Shown: one piece after another, positions 62,579 through 64,000 of the stretch
How positions within the stretch are numbered: position 1 is the first letter of the stretch
Layout of the letters: the number at the start of each line of letters is the position of its first letter
NCBI RefSeq assembly: GCF_021028975.2
Contig: NC_059426.1
Span: forward strand, 37,262,001-37,326,000
Direction of reading: 5' to 3'
From: Sphaerodactylus townsendi
Taxonomy: Eukaryota
DNA length: 64,000 bases
Position numbers and translations under genes: made by a program
The notes under the pieces: generated by a model
Databases searched by the model: none
What the model was told of the DNA's origin: nothing
The model's input: only the letters and a program-made list of their open reading frames with translations

Positions 62579-63324
62579 TAATATATATATATGGCAGAAT
62601 CCTCCCTATTTTCCCCCTTGGGAATATGGACACCCTTTTTGTGAGATAGAAAATGACACAGGATGCCCAAAGGCATAGCAAAAATCCTCTCAGTGTCATC
62701 CCAATCTGGAATAGATTCAGAATCACTGAAGCTGAACTACATCATTATAGGTTGCATTTGGAATACAAAATAATATAGATCTGGTAATCCCATGCTCCAG
62801 TGGCCTAAGATGTTTTGAGTGTGTACAAAGCAACCAAACAGACATTTTATCCCATCTAAATTGCATATTTAGTATGTTTAATTTGACAAAGAATCATGGG
62901 ACAAATTTTAAGTGGAACAGGCAAACAATATAAAATAATCTTGGACAAATATGCATAATGACTGCCATCGTTCTCCTCAGCAAATGCAGAGATAGTGTTT
63001 GACATCTTTCTTTGTATTTTGAGATTTTTTTTGTAGCACATTCTTTGAAACAATGTTAGTAAAATTATAATAAAGCTTCATACCCAAGTGAGTTCTTTGC
63101 ACATTTGAAATTCAAAGTGTTAGAACTGTGTGTCTTCTCCCATTTAATGCTGGATTTTCTCACTGACAGGATGCATGAGTCACATTTCCCACTCACCTGT
63201 AGTGTTAGAATTGACATAGAAGAGCATATTAAAAAGTGGGTGATCTAAAAATACCAAATGTTTAAAATTCAGTAGAATGACAAAAACAATAAAAGTCTAT
63301 GGCCACCAAGCATATTGTCTATTG

Positions 63325-63659
63325 CAGTGGTGGCGAACCTATGGCACGCGTGCCGGAGGTGGCACTCAGAGCCCTCTCTGTGGGCACGCGCGCACAGAGT
63401 TCGTCATGTGGTGGGCAGAAAATCAGCCCCTCCCCCCCACGCACATATAGGTTGGCCTGGGCCACTGGGCACGACCCGTTCAAAGTGTTGCATGGTTGCT
63501 TCACCAAGCTTACTCCCGAGTAACACGCGCCTCGGAGCCAACCATTTTTTCTAAACTAAAACCTCAGTATTCAGATTAAATTGTCGGCACTTTGCAATAA
63601 ATAAGTGGGTTTTGGGTTGCTATTTGGGCACTTGATCTCAAAAAGGTTTGCCATCACTG
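63325..63659. mobile_element. hAT MITE (CAGTGATGGCGAACCT family, 335 bp)
   Basis: TIRs; TSD GTCTATTG on both sides. Confidence 0.9.
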
Positions 63660-64000
63660 GTCTATTGACTGTGGCACTTTGGCATCCCAGGTAAAGATCT
63701 GTCACATCATCAGTTACCTGCTCCTTTTAACAGGTGATCCTAGGGCTTTCTGCATGCAAAGGGCTTTCCTAGGGCTTTCTGCATCTGGACTTTCTGCATG
63801 CAAAGCAGATGAGAGAGAGCATTGACCCACCGCCCCTCCATTGTGGCCAGTGCAACACTGGGGCACCACTATACTGTTCCCTAAAAGAAGACTGCACAGG
63901 TTGGGGACTCTACAAATGGCCCTGCAGCAGGGCCAGAGGGATTGCACTCCCCCAGAACCCCATAGCAACCAAACCATCTTGCCCACAAGACATAGCAGAG

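Overview
This is non-coding, repeat-dense vertebrate DNA, most likely intronic or intergenic. The repeat content (Squam3-like CORE-SINEs with (CTT)n tails, a Sauria SINE, RTE-BovB, SPIN MITEs, DIRS) points to a squamate, probably a gecko. I recognise no host protein-coding gene. The ORF-track entries I can identify are transposon remnants (Tigger transposase C-terminus, RTE endonuclease, an RTE-X-like LINE C-terminus, DIRS tyrosine recombinase); the rest look like chance ORFs. Many hAT MITEs have readable 8-bp TSDs, several insertions are nested, and seven short N gaps are present. The four most notable observations are: (1) a fold-back element made of two inverted Penelope-like termini with minimal hammerhead-ribozyme motifs, present twice with the same palindromic centre; (2) a 1.14-kb insertion bounded by a 13-bp TSD, with Penelope-like ends, unidentified cargo and a perfect 42-bp inverted repeat; (3) a clean 430-bp inversion inside a DIRS recombinase gene; (4) a hAT MITE family that has captured a short hairpin repeat. 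A few candidate small exons are listed at low confidence. Family names come from recognising motifs by eye, not from database searches.
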